Source of the DNA: Nemertoderma westbladi
Taxonomy: Eukaryota; Animalia; Xenacoelomorpha
NCBI GenBank assembly: GCA_032718475.1
Contig: JAUCBJ010008890.1
Location: forward strand, 1 to 64,000
Direction of reading: 5' to 3'
Length of the DNA stretch: 64,000 nt
Translations under genes and position numbers: made by a program
Part shown: piece by piece, positions 36,901-51,589 of the stretch
How the letters are laid out: each line of letters opens with the position of its first letter
How positions within the stretch are numbered: position 1 is the first letter of the stretch
The notes under the pieces: model-generated
Seen by the model: only the letters and a program-made list of their open reading frames with translations
Told to the model about the DNA's origin: nothing
Database searches by the model: none

Positions 36901-39900
36901 AACGTGTTCCCTACCTACTTGTCATCTCACCATGTTCCCGTACAATCTTCCCAATGTGTCCCCTGCCTACTTGTCATGTCACCATGTTCCCGTACTATCT
37001 TCCCAACGTGTTCCCTACCTACTTGTCATGTCACCATGTTCCCGTACTATCTTCCCAACGTGTTCCCTACCTACTTGTCATCTCACCATGTTCCCGTACA
37101 ATCTTCCCAATGTGTCCCCTGCCTACTTGTCATGTCACCATGTTCCCGTACTATCTTCCCAACGTGTTCCCTACCTACTTGTCATGTCACCATGTTCCCG
37201 TACTATCTTCCCAACGTGTTACCTACCTACTTGTCATGTCACCATGTTCCCGTACAATCTTCCCAACGTGTTACCTACCTACTTGTCATATCCCCATGTT
37301 CCCGTACTATCTTCCCAACGTGTTCCCTACCTACTTGTCATCTCACCATGTTCCCGTACAATCTTCCCAATGTGTCCCCTGCCTACTTGTCATGTCACCA
37401 TGTTCCCGTACTATCTTCCCAACGTGTTACCTACCTACTTGTCATGTCACCATGTTCCCGTACTATCTTCCCAACGTGTTACCTACCTACTTGTCATGTC
37501 ACCATGTTCCCGTACTATCTTCCCAACGTGTTACCTACCTACTTCGCTACTTGTCATGTCACCATGTTCCCGTACTATCTTCCCAACGTGTTCCCTACCT
37601 ACTTGTCATGTCACCATGTTCCCGTACTATCTTCCCAACGTGTTCCCTACCTACTTGTAATGTCACCATGTTCCCGTACTATCTTCCCAACGTGTTCCCT
37701 ACCTACTTATCATGTCACCATGTTCCCGTACTATCTTCCCAACGTGTTCCTACCTACTTCGCTACTTGTCATGTCACCATGTTCCCGTACTATCTTCCCA
37801 ACGTGTTCCCTACCTACTTGTCATGTCACCATGTTCCCGTACTATCTTCCCAACGTGTTCCCTACCTACTTGTCATGTCACCATGTTCCCGTACTATCTT
37901 CCCAACGTGTTACCTACCTACTTGTCATGTCACCATGTTCCCGTACTATCTTCCCAACGTGTTCCTACCTACTTCGCTACTTGTCATGTCACCATGTTCC
38001 CGTACTATCTTCCCAACGTGTTCCCTACCTACTTGTCATGTCACCATGTTCCCGTACTATCTTCCCAACGTGTTCCCTACCTACTTGTAATGTCACCATG
38101 TTCCCGTACTATCTTCCCAACGTGTTCCCCTACCTACTTGTCATGTCACCATGTTCCCGTACTATCTTCCCAACGTGTTCCCTACCTACTTGTCATGTCA
38201 CCATGTTCCCGTACTATCTTCCCAACGTGTTCCCTACCTACTTGTCATGTCACCATGTTCCCGTACTATCTTCCCAACGTGTTCCCTACCTACTTGTCAT
38301 ATCACCATGTTCCCGTACTATCTTCCCAACGTGTTCCCTACCTACTTGTAATGTCACCATGTTCCCATACTATCTTCCCAACGTGTTCCCTACCTACTTG
38401 TCATGTCACCATGTTCCCGTACTATCTTCCCAACGTGTTCCCTACCTACTTGTCATGTCACCATGTTCCCGTACTATCTTCCCAACGTGTTCCCTACCTA
38501 CTTGTCATGTCACCATGTTCCCGTACTATCTTCCCAACGTGTTCCCTACCTACTTGTCATGTCACCATGTTCCCGTACTATCTTCCCAACGTGTTCCCTA
38601 CCTACTTGTCATGTCACCATGTTCCCGTACTATCTTCCCAACGTGTTCCCTACCTACTTGTCATGTCACCATGTTCCCGTACTATCTTCCCAACGTGTTC
38701 CCTACCTACTTGTCATGTCACCATGTTCCCGTACTATCTTCCCAACGTGTTACCTACCTACTTGTCATGTCACCATGTTCCCGTACTATCTTCCCAACGT
38801 GTTCCCTACCTACTTGTCATGTCACCATGTTCCCGTACTATCTTCCCAACGTGTTCCCTACCTACTTGTCATGTCACCATGTTCCCGTACTATCTTCCCA
38901 ACGTGTTCCCTACCTACTTGTCATGTCACCATGTTCCCGTACTATCTTCCCAACGTGTTCCCTACCTACTTGTCATGTCACCATGTTCCCGTACTATCTT
39001 CCCAACGTGTTCCCTACCTACTTGTCATGTCACCATGTTCCCGTACTATCTTCCCAACGTGTTCCCTACCTACTTGTCATATCACCATGTTCCCGTACTA
39101 TCTTCCCAACGTGTTCCCTACCTACTTGTCATGTCACCATGTTCCCGTACTATCTTCCCAACGTGTTCCCTACCTACTTGTCATGTCACCATGTTCCCGT
39201 ACTATCTTCCCAACGTGTTCCCTACCTACTTGTAATGTCACCATGTTCCCGTACTATCTTCCCAACGTGTTCCCTACCTACTTGTCATATCACCATGTTC
39301 CCGTACTATCTTCCCAACGTGTTCCCTACCTACTTGTCATGTCACCATGTTCCCGTACTATCTTCCCAACGTGTTCCCTACCTACTTATCATGTCACCAT
39401 GTTCCCGTACTATCTTCCCAACGTGTTCCCTACCTACTTGTCATATCACCATGTTCCCGTACTATCTTCCGAACGTGTTACCTACCTACTTGTAATGTCA
39501 CCATGGTCCCATACTATCTTCCCAACGTGTTCCCTACCTACTTGTCATGTCACCATGTTCCCGTACTATCTTCCCAACGTGTTACCTACCTACTTGTCAT
39601 ATTCCCATGGTCCCGTACAATCTTCCCAACGTGTTACCTACCTACTTGTCATATCCCCATGTTCCCGTACTATCTTCCCAACGTGTTCCCTACCTACTTA
39701 TCATGTCACCATGTTCCCGTACTATCTTCCCAACGTGTTCCCTACCTACTTGTCATATCACCATGTTCCCGTACTATCTTCCGAACGTGTTACCTACCTA
39801 CTTGTAATGTCACCATGGTCCCATACTATCTTCCCAACGTGTTCCCTACCTACTTGTCATATCACCATGTTCCCGTACTATCTTCCCAACGTGTTACCTA

Positions 39901-42900
39901 CCTACTTGTCATATCCCCATGGTCCCGTACAATCTTCCCAACGTGTTACCTACCTACTTGTCATATCCCCATGTTCCCGTACTATCTTCCCAACGTGTTC
40001 CCTACCTACTTGTCATATCACCATGTTCCCGTACTATCTTCCGAACGTGTTACCTACCTACTTGTAATGTCACCATGGTCCCATACTATCTTCCCAACGT
40101 GTTCCCTACCTACTTGTCATATCACCATGTTCCCGTACTATCTTCCCAACGTGTTACCTACCTACTTGTCATATCCCCATGGTCCCGTACAATCTTCCCA
40201 ACGTGTTCCCTACCTACTTGTCATATCACCATGTTCCCGTACTATCTTCCCAACGTGTTCCCTACCTACTTATCATGTCACCATGTTCCCGTACTATCTT
40301 CCCAACGTGTTCCCTACCTACTTGTCATATCACCATGTTCCCGTACTATCTTCCGAACGTGTTACCTACCTACTTGTAATGTCACCATGGTCCCATACTA
40401 TCTTCCCAACGTGTTCCCTACCTACTTGTCATATCACCATGTTCCCGTACTATCTTCCCAACGTGTTACCTACCTACTTGTCATATCCCCATGGTCCCGT
40501 ACAATCTTCCCAACGTGTTACCTACCTACTTGTCATATCCCCATGTTCCCGTACTATCTTCCCAACGTGTTCCCTACCTACTTTTCATATCACCATGTTC
40601 CCGTACTATCTTCCCAACGTGTTACCTACCTACTTGTCATATCCCCATGGTCCCGTACAATCTTCCCAACGTGTTACCTACCTACTTGTCATATCCCCAT
40701 GTTCCCGTACTATCTTCCCAACGTGTTACCTACCTACTTGTCATATCCCCATGTTCCCGTACTATCTTCCCAACGTGTTCCCTACCTACTTTTCATGTCA
40801 CCATGTTCCCGTACAATCTTCCCAACGTGTTCCCTACCTACTTGTCATGTCACCATGTTCCCGTACTATCTTCCCAACGTGTTACCTACCTACTTGTCAT
40901 GTCACCATGTTCCCGTACTATCTTCCCAACGTGTTCCCTACCTACTTGTCATATCCCCATGTTCCCGTACTATCTTCCCAACGTGTTACCTACCTACTTG
41001 TCATATCCCCATGGTCCCGTACAATCTTCCCAACGTGTTACCTACCTACTTGTCATATCCCCATGTTCCCGTACTATCTTCCCAACGTGTTCCCTACCTA
41101 CTTGTCATATCCCCATGTTCCCGTACTATCTTCCCAACGTGTTCCCTACCTACTTGTCATATCACCATGTTCCCGTACTATCTTCCCAACGTGTTACCTA
41201 CCTACTTGTCATATCCCCATGGTCCCGTACAATCTTCCCAACGTGTTACCTACCTACTTGTCATATCCCCATGTTCCCGTACTATCTTCCCAACGTGTTA
41301 CCTACCTACTTGTCATATCCCCATGGTCCCGTACAATCTTCCCAACGTGTTACCTACCTACTTGTCATATCCCCATGTTCCCGTACTATCTTCCCAACGT
41401 GTTCCCTACCTACTTGTCATATCACCATGTTCCCGTACTATCTTCCGAACGTGTTACCTACCTACTTGTCATATCCCCATGTTCCCGTACTATCTTCCCA
41501 ATGTGTTACCTACCTACTTGTCATATCCCCATGGTCCCGTACAATCTTCCCAACGTGTTACCTACCTACTTGTCATATCCCCATGTTCCCGTACTATCTT
41601 CCCAACGTGTTCCCTACCTACTTGTCATATCCCCATGTTCCCGTACTATCTTCCCAACGTGTTACCTACCTACTTGCCATGTCACCATGTTTCCGTACAA
41701 TCTTCCCAACGTGTTACCTACCTACTTGTCATATCCCCATGTTCCCGTACTATCTTCCCAACGTGTTCCCTACCTACTTGTCATATCACCATGTTCCCGT
41801 ACTATCTTCCCAACGTGTTACCTACCTACTTGTCATATCCCCATGGTCCCGTACAATCTTCCCAACGTGTTCCCTACCTACTTGTCATCTCACCATGTTC
41901 CCGTACAATCTTCCCAATGTGTCCCCTGCCTACTTGTCATGTCACCATGTTCCCGTACTATCTTCCCAACGTGTTACCTACCTACTTGTCATATCCCCAT
42001 GTTCCCGTACTATCTTCCCAACGTGTTACCTACCTACTTGTCATATCCCCATGGTCCCGTACAATCTTCCCAACGTGTTACCTACCTACTTGTCATATCC
42101 CCATGTTCCCGTACTATCTTCCCAACGTGTTCCCTACCTACTTGTCATATCACCATGTTCCCGTACTATCTTCCCAACGTGTTACCTACCTACTTGTCAT
42201 ATCCCCATGGTCCCGTACAATCTTCCCAACGTGTTCCCTACCTACTTGTCATCTCACCATGTTCCCGTACAATCTTCCCAATGTGTCCCCTGCCTACTTG
42301 TCATGTCACCATGTTCCCGTACTATCTTCCCAACGTGTTCCCTACCTACTTGTCATGTCACCATGTTCCCGTACTATCTTCCCAACGTGTTACCTACCTA
42401 CTTGTCATGTCACCATGTTCCCGTACTATCTTCCCAACGTGTTACCTACCTACTTCGCTACTTGTCATGTCACCATGTTCCCGTACTATCTTCCCAACGT
42501 GTTCCCTACCTACTTGTCATGTCACCATGTTCCCGTACTATCTTCCCAACGTGTTCCCTACCTACTTATCATGTCACCATGTTCCCGTACTATCTTCCCA
42601 ACGTGTTCCCTACCTACTTATCATGTCACCATGTTCCCGTACTATCTTCCCAACGTTTTCCTACCTACTTCGCTACTTGTCATGTCACCATGTTCCCGTA
42701 CTATCTTCCCAACGTTTTCCTACCTACTTCGCTACTTGTCATGTCACCATGTTCCCGTACAATCTTCCCAACGTGTTCCCTACCTACTTGTCATGTCACC
42801 ACACCATGTTCCCGTACTATCTTCCCAACGTGTTACCTACCTACTTCGCTACTTGTCATGTCACCATGTTCCCGTACTATCTTCCCAACGTTTTCCTACC

Positions 42901-45900
42901 TACTTCGCTACTTGTCATGTCACCATGTTCCCGTACTATCTTCCCAACGTGTTCCCTACCTATTTGTAATGTCACCATGTTCCCGTACTATCTTCCCAAC
43001 GTGTTCCCTACCTATTTGTAATGTCACCATGTTCCCGTACTATCTTCCCAACGTGTTCCCTACCTACTTGTAATGTCACCATGTTCCCGTACTATCTTCC
43101 CAACGTGTTCCCTACCTATTTGTAATGTCACCATGTTCCCGTACTATCTTCCCAACGTGTTCCCTATCTACTTGTCATGTCACCATGTTCCCGTACTATC
43201 TTCCCAACGTGTTCCCTACCTACTTGTCATGTCACCATGTTCCCGTACTATCTTCCCAACGTGTTCCCTACCTACTTGTCATGTCACCATGTTCCCATAC
43301 TATCTTCCCAACGTGTTCCCTACCTACTTATCATGTCACCATGTTCCCGTACTATCTTCCCAACGTGTTCCCTACCTACTTGTCATGTCACCATGTTCCC
43401 ATACTATCTTCCCAACGTGTTCCCTACCTACTTGTCATGTCACCACACCATGTTCCCGTACTATCTTCCCAACGTGTTACCTACCTACTTCGCTACTTGT
43501 CATGTCACCATGTTCCCGTACTATCTTCCCAACGTGTTCCCTACCTATTTGTAATGTCACCATGTTCCCGTACTATCTTCCCAACGTGTTCCCTACCTAT
43601 TTGTAATGTCACCATGTTCCCGTACTATCTTCCCAACGTGTTCCCTACCTACTTGTAATGTCACCATGTTCCCGTACTATCTTCCCAACGTGTTCCCTAC
43701 CTATTTGTAATGTCACCATGTTCCCGTACTATCTTCCCAACGTGTTCCCTATCTACTTGTCATGTCACCATGTTCCCGTACTATCTTCCCAACGTGTTCC
43801 CTACCTACTTGTCATGTCACCATGTTCCCGTACTATCTTCCCAACGTGTTCCCTACCTACTTGTCATGTCACCATGTTCCCATACTATCTTCCCAACGTG
43901 TTCCCTACCTACTTATCATGTCACCATGTTCCCGTACTATCTTCCCAACGTGTTCCCTACCTACTTATCATGTCACCATGTTCCCGTACTATCTTCCCAA
44001 CGTGTTCCCTACCTATTTGTAATGTCACCATGTTCCCATACTATCTTCCCAACGTGTTCCCTACCTACTTATCATGTCACCATGTTCCCGTACTATCTTC
44101 CCAACGTGTTCCCTACCTACTTGTCATGTCACCATGTTCCCATACTATCTTCCCAACGTGTTCCCTACCTACTTATCATGTCACCATGTTCCCGTACTAT
44201 CTTCCCAACGTGTTCCCTACCTATTTGTAATGTCACCATGTTCCCGTACTATCTTCCCAACGTGTTCCCTATCTACTTGTCATGTCACCATGTTCCCGTA
44301 CTATCTTCCCAACGTGTTCCCTACCTACTTGTCATGTCACCATGTTCCCGTACTATCTTCCCAACGTGTTCCCTACCTACTTGTCATGTCACCATGTTCC
44401 CATACTATCTTCCCAACGTGTTCCCTACCTACTTATCATGTCACCATGTTCCCGTACTATCTTCCCAACGTGTTCCCTACCTATTTGTAATGTCACCATG
44501 TTCCCGTACTATCTTCCCAACGTGTTCCCTACCTACTTGTAATGTCACCATGTTCCCGTACTATCTTCCCAACGTGTTCCCTACCTACTTGTCATATCAC
44601 CATGTTCCCGTACTATCTTCCCAACGTGTTCCCTACCTATTTGTAATGTCACCATGTTCCCGTACTATCTTCCCAACGTGTTCCCTACCTACTTATCATG
44701 TCACCATGTTCCCGTACTATCTTCCCAACGTGTTCCCTACCTATTTGTAATGTCACCATGTTCCCGTACTATCTTCCCAACGTGTTCCCTACCTACTTGT
44801 AATGTCACCATGTTCCCGTACTATCTTCCCAACGTGTTCCCTACCTATTTGTAATGTCACCATGTTCCCGTACTATCTTCCCAACGTGTTCCCTACCTAC
44901 TTGTAATGTCACCATGTTCCCGTACTATCTTCCCAACGTGTTCCCTACCTATTTGTAATGTCACCATGTTCCCGTACTATCTTCCCAACGTGTTCCCTAT
45001 CTACTTGTCATGTCACCATGTTCCCGTACTATCTTCCCAACGTGTTCCCTACCTACTTGTCATGTCACCATGTTCCCGTACTATCTTCCCAACGTGTTCC
45101 CTACCTACTTGTCATGTCACCATGTTCCCATACTATCTTCCCAACGTGTTCCCTACCTACTTATCATGTCACCATGTTCCCGTACTATCTTCCCAACGTG
45201 TTCCCTACCTACTTGTCATGTCACCATGTTCCCATACTATCTTCCCAACGTGTTCCCTACCTACTTGTCATGTCACCACACCATGTTCCCGTACTATCTT
45301 CCCAACGTGTTACCTACCTACTTCGCTACTTGTCATGTCACCATGTTCCCGTACTATCTTCCCAACGTGTTCCCTACCTATTTGTAATGTCACCATGTTC
45401 CCGTACTATCTTCCCAACGTGTTCCCTACCTATTTGTAATGTCACCATGTTCCCGTACTATCTTCCCAACGTGTTCCCTACCTACTTGTAATGTCACCAT
45501 GTTCCCGTACTATCTTCCCAACGTGTTCCCTACCTATTTGTAATGTCACCATGTTCCCGTACTATCTTCCCAACGTGTTCCCTATCTACTTGTCATGTCA
45601 CCATGTTCCCGTACTATCTTCCCAACGTGTTCCCTACCTACTTGTCATGTCACCATGTTCCCGTACTATCTTCCCAACGTGTTCCCTACCTACTTGTCAT
45701 GTCACCATGTTCCCATACTATCTTCCCAACGTGTTCCCTACCTACTTATCATGTCACCATGTTCCCGTACTATCTTCCCAACGTGTTCCCTACCTACTTG
45801 TCATGTCACCATGTTCCCGTACTATCTTCCCAACGTGTTCCCTACCTATTTGTCATGTCACTATGTTCCCATACTATCTTCCCAACGTGTTCCCTACCTA

Positions 45901-48900
45901 CTTATCATGTCACCATGTTCCCGTACTATCTTCCCAACGTGTTCCCTACCTACTTGTCATGTCACCATGTTCCCGTACTATCTTCCCAACGTGTTCCCTA
46001 CCTACTTATCATGTCACCATGTTCCCGTACTATCTTCCCAACGTGTTCCCTACCTACTTGTCATGTCACCATGTTCCCGTACTATCTTCCCAACGTGTTC
46101 CCTACCTACTTGTCATGTCACCATGTTCCCGTACTATCTTCCCAACGTGTTCCCTACCTACTTGTCATGTCACCATGTTCCCGTACTATCTTCCCAACGT
46201 GTTCCCTACCTACTTGTCATGTCACCATGTTCCCATACTATCTTCCCAACGTGTTCCCTACCTACTTATCATGTCACCATGTTCCCGTACTATCTTCCCA
46301 ACGTGTTCCCTACCTACTTGTAATGTCACCATGTTCCCGTACTATCTTCCCAACGTGTTCCCTACCTACTTGTCATGTCACCATGTTCCCGTACTATCTT
46401 CCCAACGTGTTCCCTACCTACTTGTCATATCACCATGTTCCCGTACTATCTTCCCAACGTGTTCCCTACCTACTTGTAATGTCACCATGTTCCCGTACTA
46501 TCTTCCCAACGTGTTCCCTACCTACTTATCATGTCACCATGTTCCCGTACTATCTTCCCAACGTGTTCCCTACCTACTTGTCATGTCACCATGTTCCCGT
46601 ACTATCTTCCCAACGTGTTCCCTACCTACTTGTCATGTCACCATGTTCCCGTACTATCTTCCCAACGTGTTCCCTACCTACTTGTCATGTCACCATGTTC
46701 CCGTACTATCTTCCCAACGTGTTCCCTATCTACTTGTCATGTCACCATGTTCCCGTACTATCTTCCCAACGTGTTCCCTACCTACTTGTCATGTCACCAT
46801 GTTCCCGTACTATCTTCCCAACGTGTTCCCTACCTACTTGTCATGTCACCATGTTCCCGTACTATCTTCCCAACGTGTTCCCTACCTACTTGTCATGTCA
46901 CCATGTTCCCGTACTATCTTCCCAACGTGTTCCCTACCTACTTGTCATGTCACCATGTTCCCGTACTATCTTCCCAACGTGTTCCCTACCTACTTGTCAT
47001 GTCACCATGTTCCCGTACTATCTTCCCAACGTGTTCCCTACCTACTTGTCATGTCACCATGTTCCCGTACTATCTTCCCAACGTGTTCCCTACCTACTTG
47101 TCATGTCACCATGTTCCCGTACTATCTTCCCAACGTGTTCCCTACCTACTTGTCATGTCACCATGTTCCCGTACTATCTTCCCAACGTGTTCCCTACCTA
47201 CTTGTCATGTCACCATGTTCCCGTACTATCTTCCCAACGTGTTACCTACCTACTTGTCATGTCACCATGTTCCCGTACTATCTTCCCAACGTGTTCCCTA
47301 CCTACTTGTCATGTCACCATGTTCCCGTACTATCTTCCCAACGTGTTCCCTACCTACTTGTCATGTCACCATGTTCCCGTACAATCTTCCCAACGTGTTC
47401 ACCTACCTACTTGTCATGTCACCATGTTCCCGTACAATCTTCCCAACGTGTTCCCTACCTACTTGTCATGTCACCATGTTCCCGTACTATCTTCCCAACG
47501 TGTTCCCTACCTACTTGTCATGTCACCATGTTCCCGTACTATCTTCCCAACGTGTTCCCTACCTACTTGTCATGTCACCATGTTCCCGTACTATCTTCCC
47601 AACGTGTTCCCTACCTACTTGTCATGTCACCATGTTCCCGTACTATCTTCCCAACGTGTTACCTACCTACTTGTCATATCACCATGTTCCCGTACTATCT
47701 TCCCAACGTGTTCCCTACCTACTTGTCATGTCACCATGTTCCCGTACTATCTTCCCAACGTGTTCCCTACCTACTTGTCATGTCACCATGTTCCCGTACT
47801 ATCTTCCCAACGTGTTCCCTACCTACTTGTCATGTCACCATGTTCCCGTACAATCTTCCCAACGTGTTCCCTACCTACTTGTCATGTCACCATGTTCCCG
47901 TACTATCTTCCCAACGTGTTCCCTACCTACTTGTCATGTCACCATGTTCCCGTACTATCTTCCCAACGTGTTACCTACCTACTTGTCATATCCCCATGGT
48001 CCCATAATATCTTCCCAACGTGTTCCCTACCTACTTATCATGTCACCATGTTCCCGTACTATCTTCCCAACGTGTTCCCTACCTACTTGTCATATCACCA
48101 TGTTCCCGTACTATCTTCCCAACGTGTTCCCTACCTACTTGTCATATCACCATGTTCCCGTACTATCTTCCCAACGTGTTCCCTACCTACTTGTCATGTC
48201 ACCATGTTCCCGTACTATCTTCCCAACGTGTTCCCTACCTACTTGTCATGTCACCATGTTCCCGTACTATCTTCCCAACGTGTTCCCTACCTACTTGTCA
48301 TGTCACCATGTTCCCGTACTATCTTCCCAACGTGTTCCCTACCTACTTGTCATATCACCATGTTCCCGTACTATCTTCCCAACGTGTTCCCTACCTACTT
48401 GTCATGTCACCATGTTCCCGTACTATCTTCCCAACGTGTTCCCTACCTACTTGTCATGTCACCATGTTCCCGTACTATCTTCCCAACGTGTTCCCTACCT
48501 ACTTGTCATGTCACCATGTTCCCGTACTATCTTCCCAACGTGTTACCTACCTACTTGTCATATCCCCATGGTCCCGTACTATCTTCCCAACGTGTTCCCT
48601 ACCTACTTATCATGTCACCATGTTCCCGTACTATCTTCCCAACGTGTTCCCTACCTACTTGTCATATCACCATGTTCCCGTACTATCTTCCCAACGTGTT
48701 CCCTACCTACTTGTCATGTCACCATGTTCCCGTACTATCTTCCCAACGTGTTCCCTACCTACTTGTCATGTCACCATGTTCCCGTACTATCTTCCCAACG
48801 TGTTCCCTACCTACTTGTCATGTCACCATGTTCCCGTACTATCTTCCCAACGTGTTCCCTACCTACTTGTCATATCACCATGTTCCCGTACTATCTTCCC

Positions 48901-50271
48901 AACGTGTTCCCTACCTACTTGTCATATCACCATGTTCCCGTACTATCTTCCCAACGTGTTCCCTACCTACTTGTCATGTCACCATGTTCCCGTACTATCT
49001 TCCCAACGTGTTCCCTACCTACTTGTCATGTCACCATGTTCCCGTACTATCTTCCCAACGTGTTCCCTACCTACTTGTCATGTCACCATGTTCCCGTACT
49101 ATCTTCCCAACGTGTTCCCTACCTACTTGTCATGTCACCATGTTCCCGTACTATCTTCCCAACGTGTTCCCTACCTACTTGTCATGTCACCATGTTCCCG
49201 TACTATCTTCCCAACGTGTTCCCTACCTACTTGTCATATCCCCATGTTCCCGTACTATCTTCCCAACGTGTTCCCTACCTACTTGTCATGTCACCATGTT
49301 CCCGTACTATCTTCCCAACGTGTTCCCTACCTACTTGTCATGTCACCATGTTCCCGTACTATCTTCCCAACGTGTTCCCTACCTACTTGTCATGTCACCA
49401 TGTTCCCGTACTATCTTCCCAACGTGTTACCTACCTACTTGTCATATCACCATGTTCCCGTACTATCTTCCCAACGTGTTCCCTACCTACTTGTCATGTC
49501 ACCATGTTCCCGTACTATCTTCCCAACGTGTTCCCTACCTACTTGTCATGTCACCATGTTCCCGTACTATCTTCCCAACGTGTTCCCTACCTACTTGTCA
49601 TGTCACCATGTTCCCGTACTATCTTCCCAACGTGTTCCCTACCTACTTGTCATGTCACCATGTTCCCGTACTATCTTCCCAACGTGTTACCTACCTACTT
49701 GTCATATCACCATGTTCCCGTACTATCTTCCCAACGTGTTCCCTACCTACTTGTCATGTCACCATGTTCCCGTACTATCTTCCCAACGTGTTCCCTACCT
49801 ACTTGTCATGTCACCATGTTCCCGTACTATCTTCCCAACGTGTTCCTCTACCTGCTTGTCATGTCACCATGTTCCCGTACTATCTTCCCAACGTGTTCCC
49901 TACCTACTTATCATGTCACCATGTTCCCGTACTATCTTCCCAACGTGTTCCCTACCTACTTGTCATGTCACCATGTTCCCGTACTATCTTCCCAACGTGT
50001 TCCCTACCTACTTGTCATGTCACCATGTTCCCGTACTATCTTCCCAACGTGTTCCCTACCTACTTGTCATGTCACCATGTTCCCGTACTATCTTCCGAAC
50101 GTGTTACCTACCTACTTGTAATGTCACCATGTTCCCATACTATCTTCCCAACGTGTTCCCTACCTACTTATCATGTCACCATGTTCCCGTACTATCTTCC
50201 GAACGTGTTCCCTATCTACTTGTCATATCACCATGTTCCCGTACTCTCTTCCCAATGTGTCCCCTGCCTAC

Positions 50272-50407
50272 CTGCTTGTCATATCCCCATGGTCCCGTAC
50301 TATCTTCCGAACGTGTTCCGGGGGCATGTCCTCCTTTGGAGCCTCTACGAAGCCGAACTTTCGTTTTTCCGAATATCGGTGGATCTGAAGCTGCTGCCAT
50401 TTCCGGG
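50272..50407 (-). CDS. PRPF8: PRPF8 coding exon 2 (136 nt)
   Basis: ttttttttCAG|CC CGG AAA TGG; encodes [46 protein letters not shown]; donor AG|GTAGGC. Confidence 0.96.
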
Positions 50408-50786
50408 CTGAAAAAAAATTATTTACAAAAAATAAATATAATAAAAAAAATAATTGTTTGTTGATGTTCTGTTTCGCCTTTTCGGGCAATATCACGAATG
50501 ACTGCAATTATTTCAGTAGCACGAGGCCAATTTCCAAACACAAGATTGATGTTTGAGCAGTGGAAGTGAATGCAGCAGCCTATATGCTTGTGATTGGAAA
50601 TGGGCTGATGGGGTAGGCCTATCTTACACAAATAATAGGCCTATGAAAAACAAACAATCTGATGGTCAACTGTATCGATCCGACCGGATCTGCCGATTCC
50701 GGGCCCTAAAACTGTACTGTACAAACAATCTAGCTTGATACTTTTTAACTATCACCGGTACCCTAAAAATTTTCTGAAATGCCCAC

Positions 50787-50889
50787 CTTTCTCCTGTAAC
50801 TGTTCTTCAGAAAGTTGAGGAGCTCCGCTTTGTCCGAAGAATACTGGTTGTTGAGTAACTCCCGAGTCCGGCATTCCAATAGCCGCCAT
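50787..50889 (-). CDS. PRPF8: PRPF8 first coding exon (103 nt; too short for the ORF track)
   Basis: ATG at 50889; MAAIGMPDSGVTQQPVFFGQSGAPQLSEEQLQEK then G|GTGGGC; matches the conserved SEEKLQEK-ARKW and joins exon 2 in phase 1. Confidence 0.9.
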
Positions 50890-51589
50890 TTACTATTTCC
50901 AGTCAGGAGACAGTGAGATGGAGAGATGTTGGATTTCGTCCAAGTCCAACGTAGGGAATATGGAATGCATGCGACTTAACAGGGCAGTACCCGTCCTGCC
51001 GTTGGGTGTGTCTGTCTGTATGAAACACCGGTACTGTGTTTCGGTATATACGTGTATTATGTTTAATTGTTTATGTACAGATACCCTGGTGCCTGGGGCA
51101 TGGGGTGCTAGAAATGACAGAATGAGATTCCATCCTGATATCGGAATAATCTGATAATACAAAGGCTTTCTATATGCTATACTACTGTACTACAGTACTA
51201 AAGGCAATACAATCCAGCAATCAGCAGATCGGGCAGTTAGTGAAGGTGCGGTAGGCCTATATTATTTAAACTTCGCAATAATTTTTATTGTCCGTTTAAA
51301 TCCTTTTTTTGTCCTTTTGTCCTTTCCTATTTTTTATGTCCTCCAAAAATCTAATGTTAGGTTCCATGCTACCGGTTTCTCTACCAGTCTACTGCTGTTC
51401 TCTCAGGATATCACTACCGGTATTAGTATATATAGCACTATTTTGCTGTAATATATGTACAGATGTAGGTATAAAGCAGGCATTTCTGTATTTTAGTACC
51501 GGTCTGCCGGTACCGGCACCGGTACTGCTGTAGGCCTACTGTGTAGCCTACCATTTAAATACGGTACTGGTAGGACTACCGGCTGACCG

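Larger units (their letters stand above)
25064..50271 (-). repeat. array A: 52-bp unit = last 47 nt of PRPF8 exon 2 + GTAGG; roughly 400 copies in two blocks (25064-29712 and ~33928-50271)
   Basis: Minus-strand consensus GAACACGTTGGGAAGATAGTACGGGAACATGGTGACATGACAAGTAG|GTAGG versus exon GAACACGTTCGGAAGATAGTACGGGACCATGGGGATATGACAAGCAG|GTAGG; copy number estimated as length/52. Confidence 0.96.

Noticed and set aside
25064-50271. Array units as alternative micro-exons or recursive AG|GT splice sites
   Set aside because: The sense strand has no polypyrimidine tract or room for introns between units, and the 52-nt unit carries stops. Not supported without RNA data.
24577-50271. Intron 2 born purely by tandem duplication of an exonic AGGT site
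   Set aside because: The intron ends in ~490 bp of unrelated sequence with its own acceptor, and the units contain intronic GTAGG rather than exon 3 sequence.
24974-50464. Dozens of long plus-strand ORFs (up to 1870 aa, MSPCSRTIFPTC... repeats)
   Set aside because: They are antisense translations of the 52-bp array, which lacks stops on the plus strand; the same peptide appears in all three frames, and the unit derives from a minus-strand exon.
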